Shown: one piece after another, positions 1 through 14,811 of the stretch
Layout of the letters: every line of letters starts with the position of its first letter
Numbering within the stretch: position 1 is the stretch's first letter
Assembly: GCF_009914755.1 (NCBI RefSeq)
Contig: NC_060937.1
DNA from: the human T2T-CHM13v2.0 reference genome, Homo sapiens
Direction: 5' to 3' (one strand)
Length of the DNA stretch: 64,000 nucleotides
The notes under the pieces: model-generated
Seen by the model: only the letters and a program-made list of their open reading frames with translations
What the model was told of the DNA's origin: nothing
Databases searched by the model: none
Program-made: the position numbers and the translations under genes

Positions 1-345
1 GGTTCTGCCAATCAGATGCACTAAGAGGTGCAAAGAGTGGAAAATCCATTTTGCTGGATTATGGCAGAAGCAATGTTTAGAAGCCAGGAGCTATAGTAGC
101 AGCTTTTTGATTTTTGAAGAGGCTCAAGGTTTGCAAGCAGTGTTTATGGTGGCAAATCTAATATTCTGCCTGATGTTGGCAAAGGAGCAACTCTTCCTAT
201 GACCAAGGCCAATATGTGTTTTGGGGATTTGTTTTTGGAGCTCACACTATTGATTCAGCCCTCCAGATCTTCCCAGGAGTGAGATTCAGCCGTGAATGCC
301 TTTCTATTTAAACTAGCCAGAGTAAATTTGGCTGTTTTTAATTGG
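1..345 (+). mobile_element. Old ERVL-class LTR fragment (LTR33/LTR16-like)
   Basis: GGTTCTGCCAATCAGATGCAC at the start and TTTAAACTAGCCAGAGT near the end resemble LTR33/LTR16 motifs; highly diverged. Confidence 0.4.
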
Positions 346-397
346 GTATACTGATAAAGACAGTAATTAATAGATAGAAGTAGTGCAGTACACTAAT

Positions 398-546
398 CTT
401 GCTAATTAAAGTGTGGTCCTCGACTGATATCGACTGGGAGCTTATTAAAAATGTTAAATCTCAGAACCCATACCAGACCTTCCAGTTCAGAACTTGCATT
501 TTAACAGAATCCCCAGATGATCTGTATGCACATTAAAATGGAAGCC
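398..546. mobile_element. MER5A-like hAT-Charlie DNA transposon relic
   Basis: AAAGTGTGGTCC...CTGGGAGCTTATTAAAAATG...TGCATTTTAACAGAATCCCCAGATGAT...TGCACATTAAA matches the MER5A pattern. Confidence 0.75.
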
Positions 547-3446
547 TAAAAATAAGTAAGTAAATAAATAAATAATAAAAAGCATTTTTTAAAAAATGTA
601 TGCATTGGCTTGGTAAAGGTGAACAGGAGATGAGTGGTAAAGGATGATATATCAGCGGCTAAAATAATAACTTATATACAATATGCAGTGGCCAAAATAG
701 GTGCTTAAATTGTTTCTTGATGTAAGGTAAAAGACAGACTATATATTTAGACTGTTAGAGAAATTGATGGAAAAATGATAATATTGGTATGTTTAGGCTG
801 TTTCTCACAGTTTTCAGAAATATCCCAAAGAAAGGATATTTCAAATAGACCAGATGATATTCATTCTTATGCAGAGATGTAAAAGTACACAGCAAAAGAA
901 ATCCTAAATCCTGCAACTGAAATTACCCAAAAGTTAAATGATTTGGATTATTCTAGGGCTTAAAAGCCAATTGCAGATACACTTCAAATTACTGAAGCAG
1001 TAAGGAATAGTTGCGGCAGAAGTATACCTAAACAGAAGTTAAGGCTGTGATCACAGGGTTTTATTTTGCTTTTGGTTTTCTGTTTGCTTTCTATTAAATG
1101 TTTTCTGAAAGTCAATGGGATCTAGCACTGAGACTATATCAGATTGGATGTGTAGCCTTCAGTCCCAGGCCTTACGAGAGCCGCCATTCATTTGAAGATG
1201 GAAGAGGTGAGCAGGGCACTGAGACAGCATGTGAAAGACAAGAGAATTCAATCTTGAAGTCTTTGGTTGTAATTTTCACATAGAATTGACTGGAAGCTAA
1301 TGGTCAGGAATTCAGTTGGGCTTTTGAGGTAACAAGGTAACTATATTGCCAGAGGAACTTGAGATGGAATTTGGACAAGTCACAAATAAATGTCTAGTCT
1401 TCACCCAGCTGTAGCTTCAGGAACTATATACTTCCCAAAGTCTTTCTCATTTGTGAGCACACAAGACAGTGGTCAGTCAAAAAAAATGTCCAGGAAGGCA
1501 AATTCAGATATAAAAGGAGGACAAAAGATAGGAAGCCCTTCTCAGAGATCTTAATCAGTGACTGCTAGACAGTCTAAGTACTCTCTTGCATACTCCTACT
1601 CAGAAGAATCTTACCATCGCTAATCCACTGACAGCTGAGATTTTCCAGTTATTCGTTTTCAAATAAAGTTTTCATTATGATTATTATTTTTCTTTTCTAA
1701 TTATATATGTTGGTTATATAATGAAAGGTAATTTATTTTTTAGTTTATTACCTGCTGCTCTCTGGTCGAACCAGATCTCACATCCATTTCTGATGGGGAG
1801 AACTATATGACTACATAGCAGAATCTGATCTGAAGGAGTTTAGGGCAAATTATTTCCTTTGTTCAACTTATAAGTGGATTATGTTAATCAGAAAAGGGTT
1901 ATATTAATATGTGGATGTGTAAATAGCAAAGGAGTAGATTTTGCAGGGACTCCTTGTTGTCTAACCTATTATTATATTAGTCTTTGTCCTTTGTGACAGA
2001 ACCTCCATTCATCATCAGGAAGGAGGTAGGAGAGGAGCATGACCCTGCCTTTTCAAGAAGACATTCTTGAAGCACCACTTTTGCTCTTTTCCCACATTGA
2101 CCAGAATTTAGACCTATGACAATAAAGGCTGGGAAATTTAGTCATTTTGCTTGGAGGATTGCTTACCTGAATTAAACTGAGTTCTAGTGGCTTCTGTACT
2201 AATGTTCCTCTTTATTAAAATATTTTCTTAATATTTTTACTAGAAAAAATTTCCTTATGCTTTTTTATTACTCTCATTTTCTTCTGTAACACATTCCTAC
2301 TAATGTATGTTCTAGACTTAATCTATTCTTCTAGCACTACTCATTTTTCAGTTGTGTTCCTGTTATCTTTTCAAACAGCTCTGCAATAAATAATCCCTTA
2401 ACATTACCACCAACAGACTGTTTTCCAAATCATTTGGTCCTAATCCTATTTGACTTCACTGGAGACATGTTGGCATAGTTGACCACGTTTCTTATTACTG
2501 TTTCTTCCTAGCCTTTCATGACATTAAATTCTTTTTGTATTCCTCTGCATATGTAAAAATACTACTAAATTTTTTATTTGGTTTTGCTTTCATAATTTTT
2601 GCTCTAAATTGAGGCACTTCTCATTGTTACTGTTTTTTCTTCTCTTTCAATATTTGCTTATAAGAACATGCTTATTTCAGCAAATATTAATTTCTTAGAT
2701 ATGCTTAGGAATATGTTAGATACCCTTACATATATACAGAATAATCTTATATCTTATGTTAAATAAAATGTCAAAAATGTAATTTATAGTCATAATATAG
2801 CAATTATGTTCTTGTTACTCTATATTACTCTATAGTAACTGTAACACATGCTTTTAAAAGTTGTAGCCAGTCTGCAGAAATGTGTGACTGACTTTGCCTG
2901 AGAGAGTCGGTGATGGTTTTAATAAAAGAAACCTCAAGATAGTAAGGCATATTAAAGCAAAACAGAATTTATTAAACTTGTGAAGCAAGAGAGACCTGAC
3001 TTTGAAAACACAATCGCTTTCAGTGCTAGAGTGGTCTTAAATATATTACAGAGCATAGAAACTGAGAATTTGGATTGTCTCCAGCAGAAGTAAAGACCAT
3101 GATGATTGGCTTTACTTTTGTTTCAGTATTCTCAGGCTTCTACTTTTAAAATCATTTTATTCTGGGCTTGTAGTTCATAATATGACTTAAAAAGTAAAAT
3201 ATCTTAAGGACTTATATTTTTCAAAGAACAAAATTTCTCTGATTTTTTTTGTTTATGTTGTATTCCTTGATGTTTACTCAAGTTAATTAGCTTTAAAGTT
3301 TTATAATATAAATGAGAGTAGAAGCATCCCTGTCCCAGACTTCAATGAGTTGAAAAGATCAAGTACAATTCTGAGCCCTCTTAATACAAATTTGCCATAC
3401 AACCACAATTCCTATTCTACTATGGTTGCTCAATATTCACAAACAT

Positions 3447-3454
3447 ACACACAC

Positions 3455-3490
<36 letters not shown>
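3447..3490. repeat. (CA)n microsatellite
   Basis: Near-pure CA run seen directly. Confidence 0.97.
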
Positions 3491-3493
<3 letters not shown>

Positions 3494-4606
3494 CTATCTT
3501 CCCGGAATTCCAATGAAAAGTGAAGAAAATATATGCAGCAAAAAGCTCCTGTCTTCTCTCGTAATTTTATTCTTTTTTCTATAGCTTTCTACTTCTTCCC
3601 ACTTCAAACCAAGGGACTGTAGAAAGTGGATTCCAAACTAACATTTAATTTATTATGCTCTGCCTTCCAAAATTCTCTCCTTCAGTCTAGGAAATGCTCT
3701 TCTCCACCCTTCTCCTCCTTGTAACACATTAAAATTGTTACTATGTGCACCATTCAAAATCTCTCTACTCACGGTGTGGTAGTCAGTACGATGTCCACTT
3801 AATTCAGCATTTACTTGCCCTTGATATTTCAGCATCAAGTTTTTAAAGCTGCACATTTTTTTCCCTAAAGCTTAGCTTTGAAAATCAGAAAAGCTTTGAA
3901 TTCTAGGTGTTTGTGTCTGTAATGGACTTGAGTCCTATGCTTTAAGTTAAAAAATAGAGGTGTAGTATTTTTGTTCTAGTCTATGTTGCTTTCTCATTGA
4001 AATAATGTTTGAGTTCATTGGATAGACAGCTGTAGCATTACCTGTCTGAATTAACCATAAGAAATTTATATCAATTAATGTGTCAAAAATATTGAATTCC
4101 ACATGGAATTTCAGCTACTACATGTAACTCATGTGTGGGTATTTCACCTACAGGCTCCAGTGGACCAGAAATGAATACATCTTTTGGCCCTTCATTTCAG
4201 TATCAACTTTCTATTATAGAGGTCCATAGATAAGATCACCAGAAAACAGGCAAACACATAGAATATTTTATTTACTGAGAGCAAAAGAATCAGTATGACA
4301 GTCTGGTTCATAGTAGAGGTAATAGATATTATCAGAACTTTGTTCACAAATAAAAGGGGAACCAAAGCAGTAATATAAGGTGTGGGTGTGTGTTTGTGGT
4401 GGGGAGGGGGCAGAACCTGCAATACTCAAAACCTGCAATACTTCCAGAAGGAACATCATGAAAGACCTCTTTCTGCCACAGTATTTCAGCTTGCCATAAT
4501 CTCTTTTTAGTTATTAATTCTTAAATTAATTATTATGGCATTCTTAGACAAAAGGTTTCAGGGTTTTTATAAGCATTTTTATTCATTTAAAAAATATTTT
4601 GCTTTA

Positions 4607-4900
<294 letters not shown>

Positions 4901-4940
4901 ATTGCTTTAAAATCAGCAATAAATATTATGAGAAGTATAT

Positions 4941-5303
4941 TGTATTAGTCTATTTTCATACTGCTATGAAGACATTCCAGAGACTGGGTAATTTATAAAG
5001 AAAAGGACGCTTAATGGACCCTCAGTTCCACATGGCTGGGGAGGCCTCACAATCATGGTGGAAAGTAAGGGAGGAGCAAAGGCATATCTAACATGGCTGC
5101 AGGCAAGAGAGTGTGTGCAGGGGAAGTGCCTTTATAAAACCATCAGATCCTGTGAGACTTATTCACTATCATGAGAACAGCATGGGAAAAATCTGCCCCC
5201 ATGATTTAATTACCTCCCACTGGGTCTCTCCCATGACACATGGGGATTATGGGAGCTAAAATTCAAGATGAGGTTTGGGTGGGGACACAGCCAAACCATA
5301 TTA
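4941..5303 (-). mobile_element. THE1-type MaLR solo LTR
   Basis: TGTATTAGTC...GGGGACACAGCCAAACCATA termini; 5-bp TSD TATAT at 4936-4940 and 5304-5308. Confidence 0.92.
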
Positions 5304-6157
5304 TATATGTTATGAAACTTAACTGCCACTGATCTTGTTTTCTTTGGTAGAGCTTCAGAAACATTGTCTTCTATAATCTCTGTTTAATTAAAGAAAATTG
5401 GTAGATGGTGCCTCTTGTCAAAATCCTATAAGTTGTTCTGTTTAATATGCATGTTTTAAATTGATTATCGATTACTTCACTTTTTAATTTTTTATTTGAC
5501 GTGAGCATTCTGTTGCAACTACAATTCAAACTATTAAAATCTCACTATATGATTTCATTGCAATCTTTATTCTTCTTGTATATTTTGTTTTGATAAGTAT
5601 GATTACCTTCACATGTATCTCTCTATAAGCTAATATTCTGTCTTATTGGTGATCAATAATTAATTGTTGGGTAAGCATAAAACCATTTTCATATTCAAGG
5701 TATATTCAAAACTTACCAATTTGATTCAAATAATTTTACAATTGTCCTACTTATTTTATTTCTATCACTACCATGCCACTTAAATCCTAGTAATCCACGA
5801 ATCATCTACAGCAATAATTTCCTAACAGATTTCCAAACTTCCTCCTTATTTTCTGTTCGTTATACTTTACTCACTACTATCAGATCATTTAATTCCAGAG
5901 CAGCAATATTCATTCTTTCTTTTTGTTCCGACATCATTGTTTGTTTATATCATGTTCAAAATTAAGTCCAAGCTCCTAAGCCTATGATGCAAGGTTTTCC
6001 AATAATTAATCTTAAGAACTTGTTGAATTTATCTCACATTTAACTGCACTGAACTCCATACAGTCTTACCAAAATGTTCTCATTCCCAAACCTATTTTTC
6101 CTACCAGATTCTGATTTTTTTCCATGTCCCTTGATCAGTCTCCTTCTCCTTCTCCTT

Positions 6158-6454
6158 CTTTTTAAATGGAGTCTAGCTCTGTCACCCAGGCTGGAGTGCA
6201 GAGGCCTGATCTTGACTCACTGAAACCTCCGCCTCCTGGGTTCAAGTGATTCTCCTACCTCACCCTCTCAAGTAGCTGGAATTAAGGCATGCACCACCAT
6301 GCCTGGCTAATTTTTTTGTGTGTGTATTTTTAGTAGAGATGGGGCTTTACCATATTTATGGCCACGCTGGTGCTGAACTCCTGAACTCAAGTGATCCACC
6401 CACCTCGGCCTCACAAAGTGCTGGGATTAGAGGCATGATCCACCGTGCCTGGCT
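6158..6454 (-). mobile_element. Alu (old S/J type)
   Basis: Reverse-complement dimeric Alu with heavy CpG decay. Confidence 0.93.
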
Positions 6455-6502
6455 CACTATTATTCTTACATTTCCATCTAGCCTATTTGTTTTTCAACAT
6501 AA

Positions 6503-7462
6503 TGTGTATAGTAACATCTTAAATCTACCTTCACTTCACTTGACAGAGTTGAGGGATTCCCAGATAGCTGGTAAAGCATTAGTTCTTGGTGTGTCTGTGA
6601 ATGTGTTTATGGACGAGACTAGCATTTTATTTAGTAGATAAAGTAAAGATGATCAACTCAAGCCAACGTGAGTGAGTATCCCTCAATCTATTGAGGGCTC
6701 ATCCAGATAGAACAAAAAGAAAACAAAAAGAAAAGGGAAAGCCAAACTTTATGTCTCTCTTTCTGAGCTGGGACATCCATCTTCTGCTACCATTAGACAT
6801 CAGAGCTCCTGGTTCTCTGAACTGTGGTTCTCCTTTTCTTTTTTTTTTTTTTTTTTTTTTTTGAGACGGAGTCTCGCTCTTTCACCAAGGCTGGAGTGCA
6901 GTGGCGCGATCTCGGCTCACTGCAAAGTCCGCCTGCCTGGTTCACGCCATTCTCCTGCCTCAGCCTCCTGAGTAGCTGGGACTACAGGCGCCCGCCACCA
7001 CGCCCGGCTAATTTTTTGTATTTTTAGTAGAGACGGGGTTTCGCCATGTTAGCGAGGATGGTCTCCATCTCCTGACCTCATGATCCGCCCACCTCGGCCT
7101 CCCAAAGTGCTGGGATTACAGGCATGAGCCACCGCACCCGGCCTGTGGTTCTCCTTTTAACTTCAGTACATCTACCAGCAGCCTCTTAATTCTTGGACCT
7201 TTGGCCTTGAACAGTGAGTAACACTATCAGCTCCCCTGATTTTCAGAAATTCAGACTTCATTGAATTACACCTACACCGCTGGCTTTCTTGGTTCTCTAG
7301 CTTGCATATTATGCAGGTGGCATATTATGGAATTTTTGGCCTCGATAATTATATGAGCTAATTCTCATAATTAATCTATATATGTATATCTTATCTATCC
7401 ATCTATGTACCTATCTATATCTCCTACTGGTTTCATTTCTCTAGAGAACTCTGCCTAATACA
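6503..7462 (+). mobile_element. MLT2-type ERVL LTR interrupted by AluY
   Basis: CCCAGATAGCTGGTAAAGCATT...GGTGTGTCTGTGA near the 5' end; CTAGAGAACTCTGCCTAATACA at the 3' end. Confidence 0.85.
6838..7143 (-). mobile_element. AluY, full length
   Basis: CpG-rich; TTCACGCCATTCTC and AGGATGGTCTC Y diagnostics; long T tract; perfect 15-bp TSD TGTGGTTCTCCTTTT at 6823-6837 and 7144-7158. Confidence 0.97.
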
Positions 7463-9879
7463 ACTTCCATCTGTCTCCTACCACACAATCTACATTTATC
7501 ATTTTTATTAATGATAATTATATTTATCTACTATACCAGCTTTTTTATGGTTTTATGAATATATCTGAACCCTAACTTTATTATAATATTATTAAAGAAA
7601 GGATAGTACATGCATTCATCTTTATGTTTCTTCTGAGCTCCTAACAATAATTTTCCAATAAAGATTTTGGGTGCAAACTTTCCTAAAAAATAGAGATAAA
7701 GCCAATAAATTATACCACAGCAAGAATAACTAAAAGGAGGTTGGCCAGAAATGAACACATCTTCATTCATTCACTAAAGAACATTTGATTGATGGCTACC
7801 AATATCCAAATCTTATGCTGGATGGTCAGGAGAAAATGAATCATCTTTCCAAGAAATGTACAATTAATTTTGCCAGGACAGATAGTACCTAAATAGTCTA
7901 TAAAAGTTTTAGAGTTTAGAAGACAAATAAAAGTGAATGGCTACTTTCTCTTGAAGCCAAAGATGAGGCAAGAAAATTTTCATAGCAAATAGAACATTTG
8001 AGCTGAATGCTGAAATTAAGTAGACGTGTGCTAATAGGAAGGGTGAGAAATAATACCCTGGGTGGATGATGAAGGATGAACAAATATTTCAAAATGATAT
8101 CATGAAACTGTATTTTGAGCCACGTTGTCTCTCAAACTGTATCGTGCAGGTTTAGGTGTCAAGAAATGGGCTAGAGTGATGTACTGGTACCAAAAATGGA
8201 GGCATTTGAATGCCATGTTAAAATGCTTGGACTTTAACCTCTGTAAAATAAGGGACTAATGTGATTATGAGATATAAAGTGTATTCGTTTTTCATAAACA
8301 TTATCTTAAGGTAAGCATGGAGGATGGAGTGAAGCAGGGTCCTATGGAAGGAAAGAAAGCAATGAGAAGGTCATAGTAAAAATATTAAGCAAGACACGGA
8401 TCATGATCTAGCCCTAAAACACTAAATTTGAAAAGGAAGGAAAAAACTCTAGAGTGGTTAAGAAGGTAAAAGATCAAGATTTGTCCATAAAGTGCATCTG
8501 AGAGTACAGAAAAAGCAGGTGTCAGGTATCTCATATTTCTGATTGATAATAATGGGGTGGGTAGTTGTGTCTTTTATTTAGACCACTGAGAGATAGCAGA
8601 TTTATTTTAAAAAGGTTGCATTTGATTTATATACAAAATATAACGGTCATAGTTTGGACTTAGAGAAAAGGCTTGTATTTTGGTCTGGTTCTTACTGAAT
8701 GGAAACCCTAAGCAACTTGGTTTTACTTCTTAATACTTCATATGTGTAGTGTGTATGTGGAAAACAAATCTGATAAAACTGTTGTAAGAATTGTACACAC
8801 ATGGTACAGTGCTTGGTAATCAGTAGGTACTTCACAAATGATAGGTAATGAGGAAAACTATCATCATTAAGTTAATGGGGTATTGATGACCATTTAAAAT
8901 GCTTGTTCGGATTTAGAAATAATGTCTGTATCATGTGGCATTTTTAGTTTAAAGCAGATATACCTTCAGGATCTGGAAATTGTTAACTCTACTGCTATAT
9001 AACTAAAGATTGTCAATGCCCCAACAATTGTGAATATGAATGCAAGAGAAATACGACTAAGTTATGAAAATGTTCTTGAAATAGTTCACTACTCTGTGTA
9101 GGGAAAAGGGACCCAACCTCAACATCTTTTATTTATGCCAAATTTAAAAAGGAAAGAAAATAGATGCTATTCATGACTTTTTATTGATCTTATTTCTAGA
9201 TTATCTAAACTGTCCCCCAAATTTTAATGCATTTTTAAAATTCCAATAACTGACTCTCTATTTAGGTCCAAGTCAAGATTATTGAGACAGTTGTGTCACA
9301 CTTGTTTTTCAGATACATGTAAGTGTTTAAAAATGTACTTGGAAATTACATTGGGAAAATATATCCCATTTTCAAGGTAATGTTATACAAAGAATTTAAA
9401 AACACTTTCTGTGAAAGTTTATCTTTAAAACAAATATGTTAAATATCAATGGCATTGCATATTTAAAGAATGGATCACATTTATTTTTCTAAAGAAATGA
9501 ATATTTATAATCCACTGAATTTAAGAAAAGCACAATCTAAAAATACAAGACAGGTAATATTTCAATGAGAACATTTAGGTTTGATGAACATTCAATAGTA
9601 TTTTAGTAGTATCATAACACCACATAATTATTTTAAATTACCTTTCCTCCCTACTCATCTTTTCCCAAGAAGACTGCATTCTTTTTAATGGCTTTTATAT
9701 TTATAGAAGACACAAAACTGTGTTTCCAGTCCAGGCTGCTCCCTTGAGCTATAGGCATATAGTCAACTGGAACTAGTTACTTTCACACATGTATGTACAG
9801 GGCACAAACATTTTTATCCTCTAGCCCACTTCTTCTAAATCACTCAAGTGGTATGTGTTAAACCTGCTTTCACCAATCA

Positions 9880-12800
9880 ACACCAGACCTATAAAAAGTA
9901 AAGGGATTGAATCAGTAACCAAATACCTTCAACATAGAAAAAATCAAGAACAGATGGCTTCACTGATGAATTCTACCAAATGTTGAAAGATAAATTAATA
10001 CCAAATTTTCTCAAACTATTTCAAAAAAATTGAAGAAGAAGGAACATTTGCAAATTCATTTTAGGGGACAGCACCACCCTGAAAACAAATCCAGACAAGG
10101 ACAATATAAGAAATGAAGATAATAGTTCACTATCCCTAATCAACATAGGTACAAATGCCCTCAACAAAATACTACAAAATCAAATTCAACAGCACATTTA
10201 AAGGATTATACACAATGATCAAGTGAAATTTATCAGTAAGATACAAGGATGGTTCAACATTCACAAATCAATAGATGTGATCCACCACATAAACATGATG
10301 AAAGATGAAAAAGACATAAATCTTCTCCATGGATTCAGCAAAAACATTTGACAAAATTCAACAAGCTTTCATGATAAAAACTCTCAGTATATTAGGTATA
10401 GCAGAAATGCAACTCAACATATTAAAACCCATAGATTACAAGCCCATGGCTAATATCACACTCAATGGTGAAAAGTTAAAAGCTTTTTCTCTAAGATCAG
10501 GAGCAAGAAAAGAGTGCTCGCTCTCACCATTTCTATTCAGCATAGTATTGGAAATCCCAGCCAGAGTAATTAGGCAAGAAAAAGAGACAAAAGTCATCCA
10601 AATTGGAAATAAAGATGTAAAAGTCTCTTTCTCTTTGTATATGACATAATCTTATACAAAGAAAACGCTAAAAATATCAACAAGGAACTCTTAAAACTAA
10701 TAAATGCATTTGGTAAGTTGCAAAACACAAAATTAGCAACACAAATCTGTTGTGTTTCCATACACTAACAATACACTATCTGAAGAAACAATTAGGAAAA
10801 TATACCCATTTACAATAGCATCGAAAAGAATAAAAGAGTAAGGAATAAATTTAACCAAAGAGGTAAAATATTTGTACACTGAAAACTATAAAACATTTAT
10901 AAAAGAATTTGAAGAAGGCATATAAATGCAAAGATATCCTGAGTCCATGATTTGGAATATTTAACATAGTTAAAATGTTTGTACATACATCTAAGGATTC
11001 AATGCAATCCCTATCAAAATCTCAATAATATTTTTACAGAAGTTGAAAAACAACCTTAAAATTCGTATGGAATTGACTGGGCAGGGCGGCTCATGCCTGT
11101 AAATCCTAACACTTTGGGAGGCCAAGGAGGGTGGATCACTTGAGCTCAGGAGTTCAAGACCAGCCTGGCCAACATGGCAAAACCCCATCTCTACTAAAAA
11201 TACAAAAATTAGCCAACTACTCAGGAGGCTGAGGCAGGAGAATTGCTTGAACCTGGAGGCAGAGATGGCAGTGAGCTAAGATCACACCACTGTGTAATAG
11301 CTTGGGTGATATAATGAGACTCTGACTCAAATAAATAAATAAATATTAAAACAATAGTTTTAAAAATTAAAAAATTGTATGGAATCACAAAAGGCCCCAA
11401 ATAACCAAATTAATATTAAGAAAAACAAAGCTGGAGGCATCATGCTTCCTGATTTCAAATTATATTAAGAAGCTACAGTAATCAAAACAGTATGTTACTG
11501 GCTTAAAAACAGATCAGTGGGTCAAAATACAAATCTCAGAAATTAATCTACACATATATAGTAAGGTGCCAAGATGATGCACTGGAAAAATGAAAGTCTC
11601 TTCAACAAACGGTGTGGAAAAACTGAATATCCACATTAAAATAAAGAAGTTGGACTTTTATGTTGCACTGCATAAAAACATCAACTCAAAATCATTTAAA
11701 ACCAATTCCAAATAGATTAAAGGCATAGAATCTGAAATTCTAAAACTCATAGAAGAAAACATAAAGGAAAAGATCATTGGCATCAGTTTCTGGCAATGAT
11801 TTTTTTTAAATTTGACATCAAAAGCATAGACAAGTGTAAATGAACAAGTGGAATTATATCAAACTAAAAGCTTTCTGCACAGCAAAAGAAATAATCGACA
11901 AAATGAAAGGCAACCTACAAAATGGGAGAAAATATTTGTATACGTTTGTATGCAAGCCATGTATTTGATGAGTTTAATATCAAAATATTTAAGAAATTCA
12001 AAGAGCACAATAGCAAAAAATTAATGATAACAAAATTACATAATAAAAAAACAGTCTGAGGGCCTGTATAGACATTTCTCAAAAGAAGCCATACAAATGG
12101 CTAACAGGTACATGAAAATAGGCTCAACATCACTAATTATCAGGAAAATGTAAATATAAGGCACAATAAAATGACATACCTATTAGCATGAGTTTTATCA
12201 AAAAGTCAAACTATAACAAGTGTTAGAAAGAATGTGGAGAAAAGGAAAATTGTGTACACTATTGATGGGAATGTAAATTTGTACAGCCATTACAGAAACT
12301 GTACAGAGATTGTATCAAAAATCAAAAAGAAAACTAACATATGATTCATCAATCCCACTTCTGGTATATATGCAAAGGAAATAAAATCACTATCTTAAAG
12401 AGATATTTGTGCTCTTTGTTTATTGTGATATTATTCGTAAGAGTCAAGATATGAAAACAACCTAAGTGCCAATGGATGAATGAATAAAGAAAATGTGAGA
12501 TGTATATATATATATAATATATATATAACCATACGTTATATATATATATGTGTTACATATATAATCAAATATTATACAGCCATAAGAAAGAAGACAATGC
12601 TGGCTTTTGCAACAACATGGATGAAACTGGAGGACAATTATGCCAATTGAAAAATACCAGACACAGAAAGTCAAATACTGAATGATCTTACTTATATTTA
12701 GAATAAAAAAAAGGAAACAAAACCCCTCAAAGTTAGAGAGTAGAATGATGGTTACCAAGGGATAGGAGGGTTCAGAGAAAAGGAGAGATATTGGTCAAAA

Positions 12801-13107
12801 GATACAAACATTCACTCATAAGATGGATGAGTACTGAAGATCTAATGTGCAGCATTGTGTCTAAAGTTAATAATAATGTGTTATACACTTGCAATTTGCT
12901 AAGTGTGTGTAGTGTTTTCATCACACAACATACACAGAATAATAACTATGTGAGGTGCTGAATATGTTAATTACTTTGATTGACATAATCATTTCACAGT
13001 GTATTAGTATATCACAGTCTGTTAGTATAACAAAACGTGTTGTACATCCTAAATGTACACAACCTTTATTTGTCAATCATATCTCAGTACAGCTGATAAA
13101 AAATGAA
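9880..13107 (+). mobile_element. 5'-truncated old L1 (L1MA9-like): degenerate ORF2 plus 3'UTR
   Basis: ORF 10329-10649 resembles L1 RT ([13 protein letters not shown]...LSPFLFSIVLE); continuous L1 similarity to an L1MA-type end TTTGTCAATCATATCTCAGTACAGCTG. Confidence 0.9.
11075..11345 (+). mobile_element. Alu (S type) nested in L1, with an internal deletion after the middle A-linker
   Basis: AAATTAGCC joins directly to AACTACTCAGGAGG; flanking AAAATT(C)GTATGGAAT repeat; (TAAA)n tail. Confidence 0.92.
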
Positions 13108-13849
13108 AAGAAATTTTGTCTCCATATTAGAAAACATCTCTTCAATACAACATAAATATCAATTATTGACAAAGTACTTTTGATTTTACCTTCACACCAT
13201 TTTTAAACATTTTCTATTCCTTTTATTAGCACTTTCACTAGGAACGTATTTAATTCTTACTCAGATTTTTTCCTGCCTCTATTCTTAGTCTTCGTCTATT
13301 TACCTCTCTAGAAATGTCTCATCTACACTAAATATTGAAATTTTTGAAAATATAATTATTGATTATACAGTTATCCTATTTAAAAACACTTTAATGACCT
13401 ATATAGACTTACCTAGATCTTCCCTGTGTCCATAGATTAAACTCTTGCCAAGTATTCATTGCATTGTGCTATTTTCCACTACAGGAAGTTTTCCAGTAAC
13501 CTCAGATTCTGTAAAGCACTGCAAATTTTTATGTTTTAACCCTATTTCCTTTTTTTTCCATTTATTATTTCTTGCCACTTTCCCTCTAAATGTTTCTGAT
13601 ATTCTAAGTCCAAACCCAGGCCCCTTCAATGGAATGGCCCATTATCTTACTTGTATATCTCATATATGCCATACATTCTTTTTCATAACAACCTATGCTA
13701 TCATTGGCAATGTACATATCTTGCCCTACCAGATTGGGCAGCCTTATGTTCATTAGCTATCATATCATATCATGAGACTCATGTCCCAGTATCTATAGGG
13801 AATAATAATTATATAAGTCAAAGCCATTTAGTGAGCACCTACAATGCCT

Positions 13850-13985
13850 CTGTGACTATATTAACTCATTAATATATTTAATTAATTAGTCAATTAATTA
13901 ATTAATTAACTAATTGATTAACTAATTAACTAATTAATTAATATAGTTAAAGTCATACAGGAACTGTGACTATATTAACTCATTA
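13850..13985. repeat. 22-bp direct repeat enclosing TAAT/AATT low-complexity filler
   Basis: CTGTGACTATATTAACTCATTA at 13850-13871 and 13964-13985. Confidence 0.9.
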
Positions 13986-14350
13986 CTCTATTACATATAA
14001 TTTGTGAGATGAGAAGAAGTTAAGTAAGTTACTTGAGCTTCTTCATTGAATAAGCAGAATTCCTGGAATGTGAAATGAGGCAACCTAGCTCCAGAACCTG
14101 TAACTACCTCTTTGCTAAGTTGTAATTAAATGATTGAGTAGATGGCTGAAATATGTGAAACTCATGTGGATGTAGGAATTGATGATTTTTTTTTACTAAA
14201 TGTACATTCAGAAAGAAGTGAAGTGTCAGAAACTCTAGACTTTGGTGATAATTTAGTTAATATCTGTAAGACACTTAGAATAAGGTTTAAAAATGTTCAG
14301 TAAATGTGTTCTATCTCATTTACCATTTTTAAGGACTTCCTATAAGCTGG

Positions 14351-14811
14351 GTACTTCAATAAAAACTTTATATAGATTATCTCTTCCCATATTTTTATCA
14401 ATCTTGAATATTATTTTAGCCCATTTATCAGAAATAGGATAGAAGCTTAGAAACTAAGTAATGGCCCAATGCCACACACATAAGTGATAGAAATAAGATT
14501 TTAACATAGTTCTATCAGTTTGTAAAATTTATTTTTAGAAAATAAATTTCTAAAGAAAATAGAGAAAACTTAAATAGATTTGTACTTCAATAAAAACTTT
14601 TTATAGATTATCTTTTCTCATCCTTTTAGCAACCTTGAATATTCTTTTATCCCGGTTATCAGAAATAGGATAGAAGCTTAGAACCTAAGAAAATAAGATA
14701 GAACCTAAGTAAACAGGATAGAAGCTTAGAACCTAAGTAATTGCCCAGTGCTACACACATAAGTGACAGAAGTAAGATTTTAACATAGTTCTATCAGTTT
14801 CTAAAATTTAT
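14351..14811. repeat. Local tandem duplication of ~182 bp (MIR-like sequence)
   Basis: Copies at 14351-14532 and 14582-14811 differ at about 18 positions by hand count; the second copy has a further internal duplication. Confidence 0.92.

Noticed and set aside
600-2200. Possible ERVL-internal and MLT1 relics (similar hints at 39.9-40.3, 58.9-59.4 and 63.3-63.6 kb)
   Set aside because: Too diverged to assign family or boundaries by eye.
12500-12565. Small TA hairpin in the L1MA 3' region
   Set aside because: Ordinary (TA)n expansion at a common L1 site; self-complementarity is expected.
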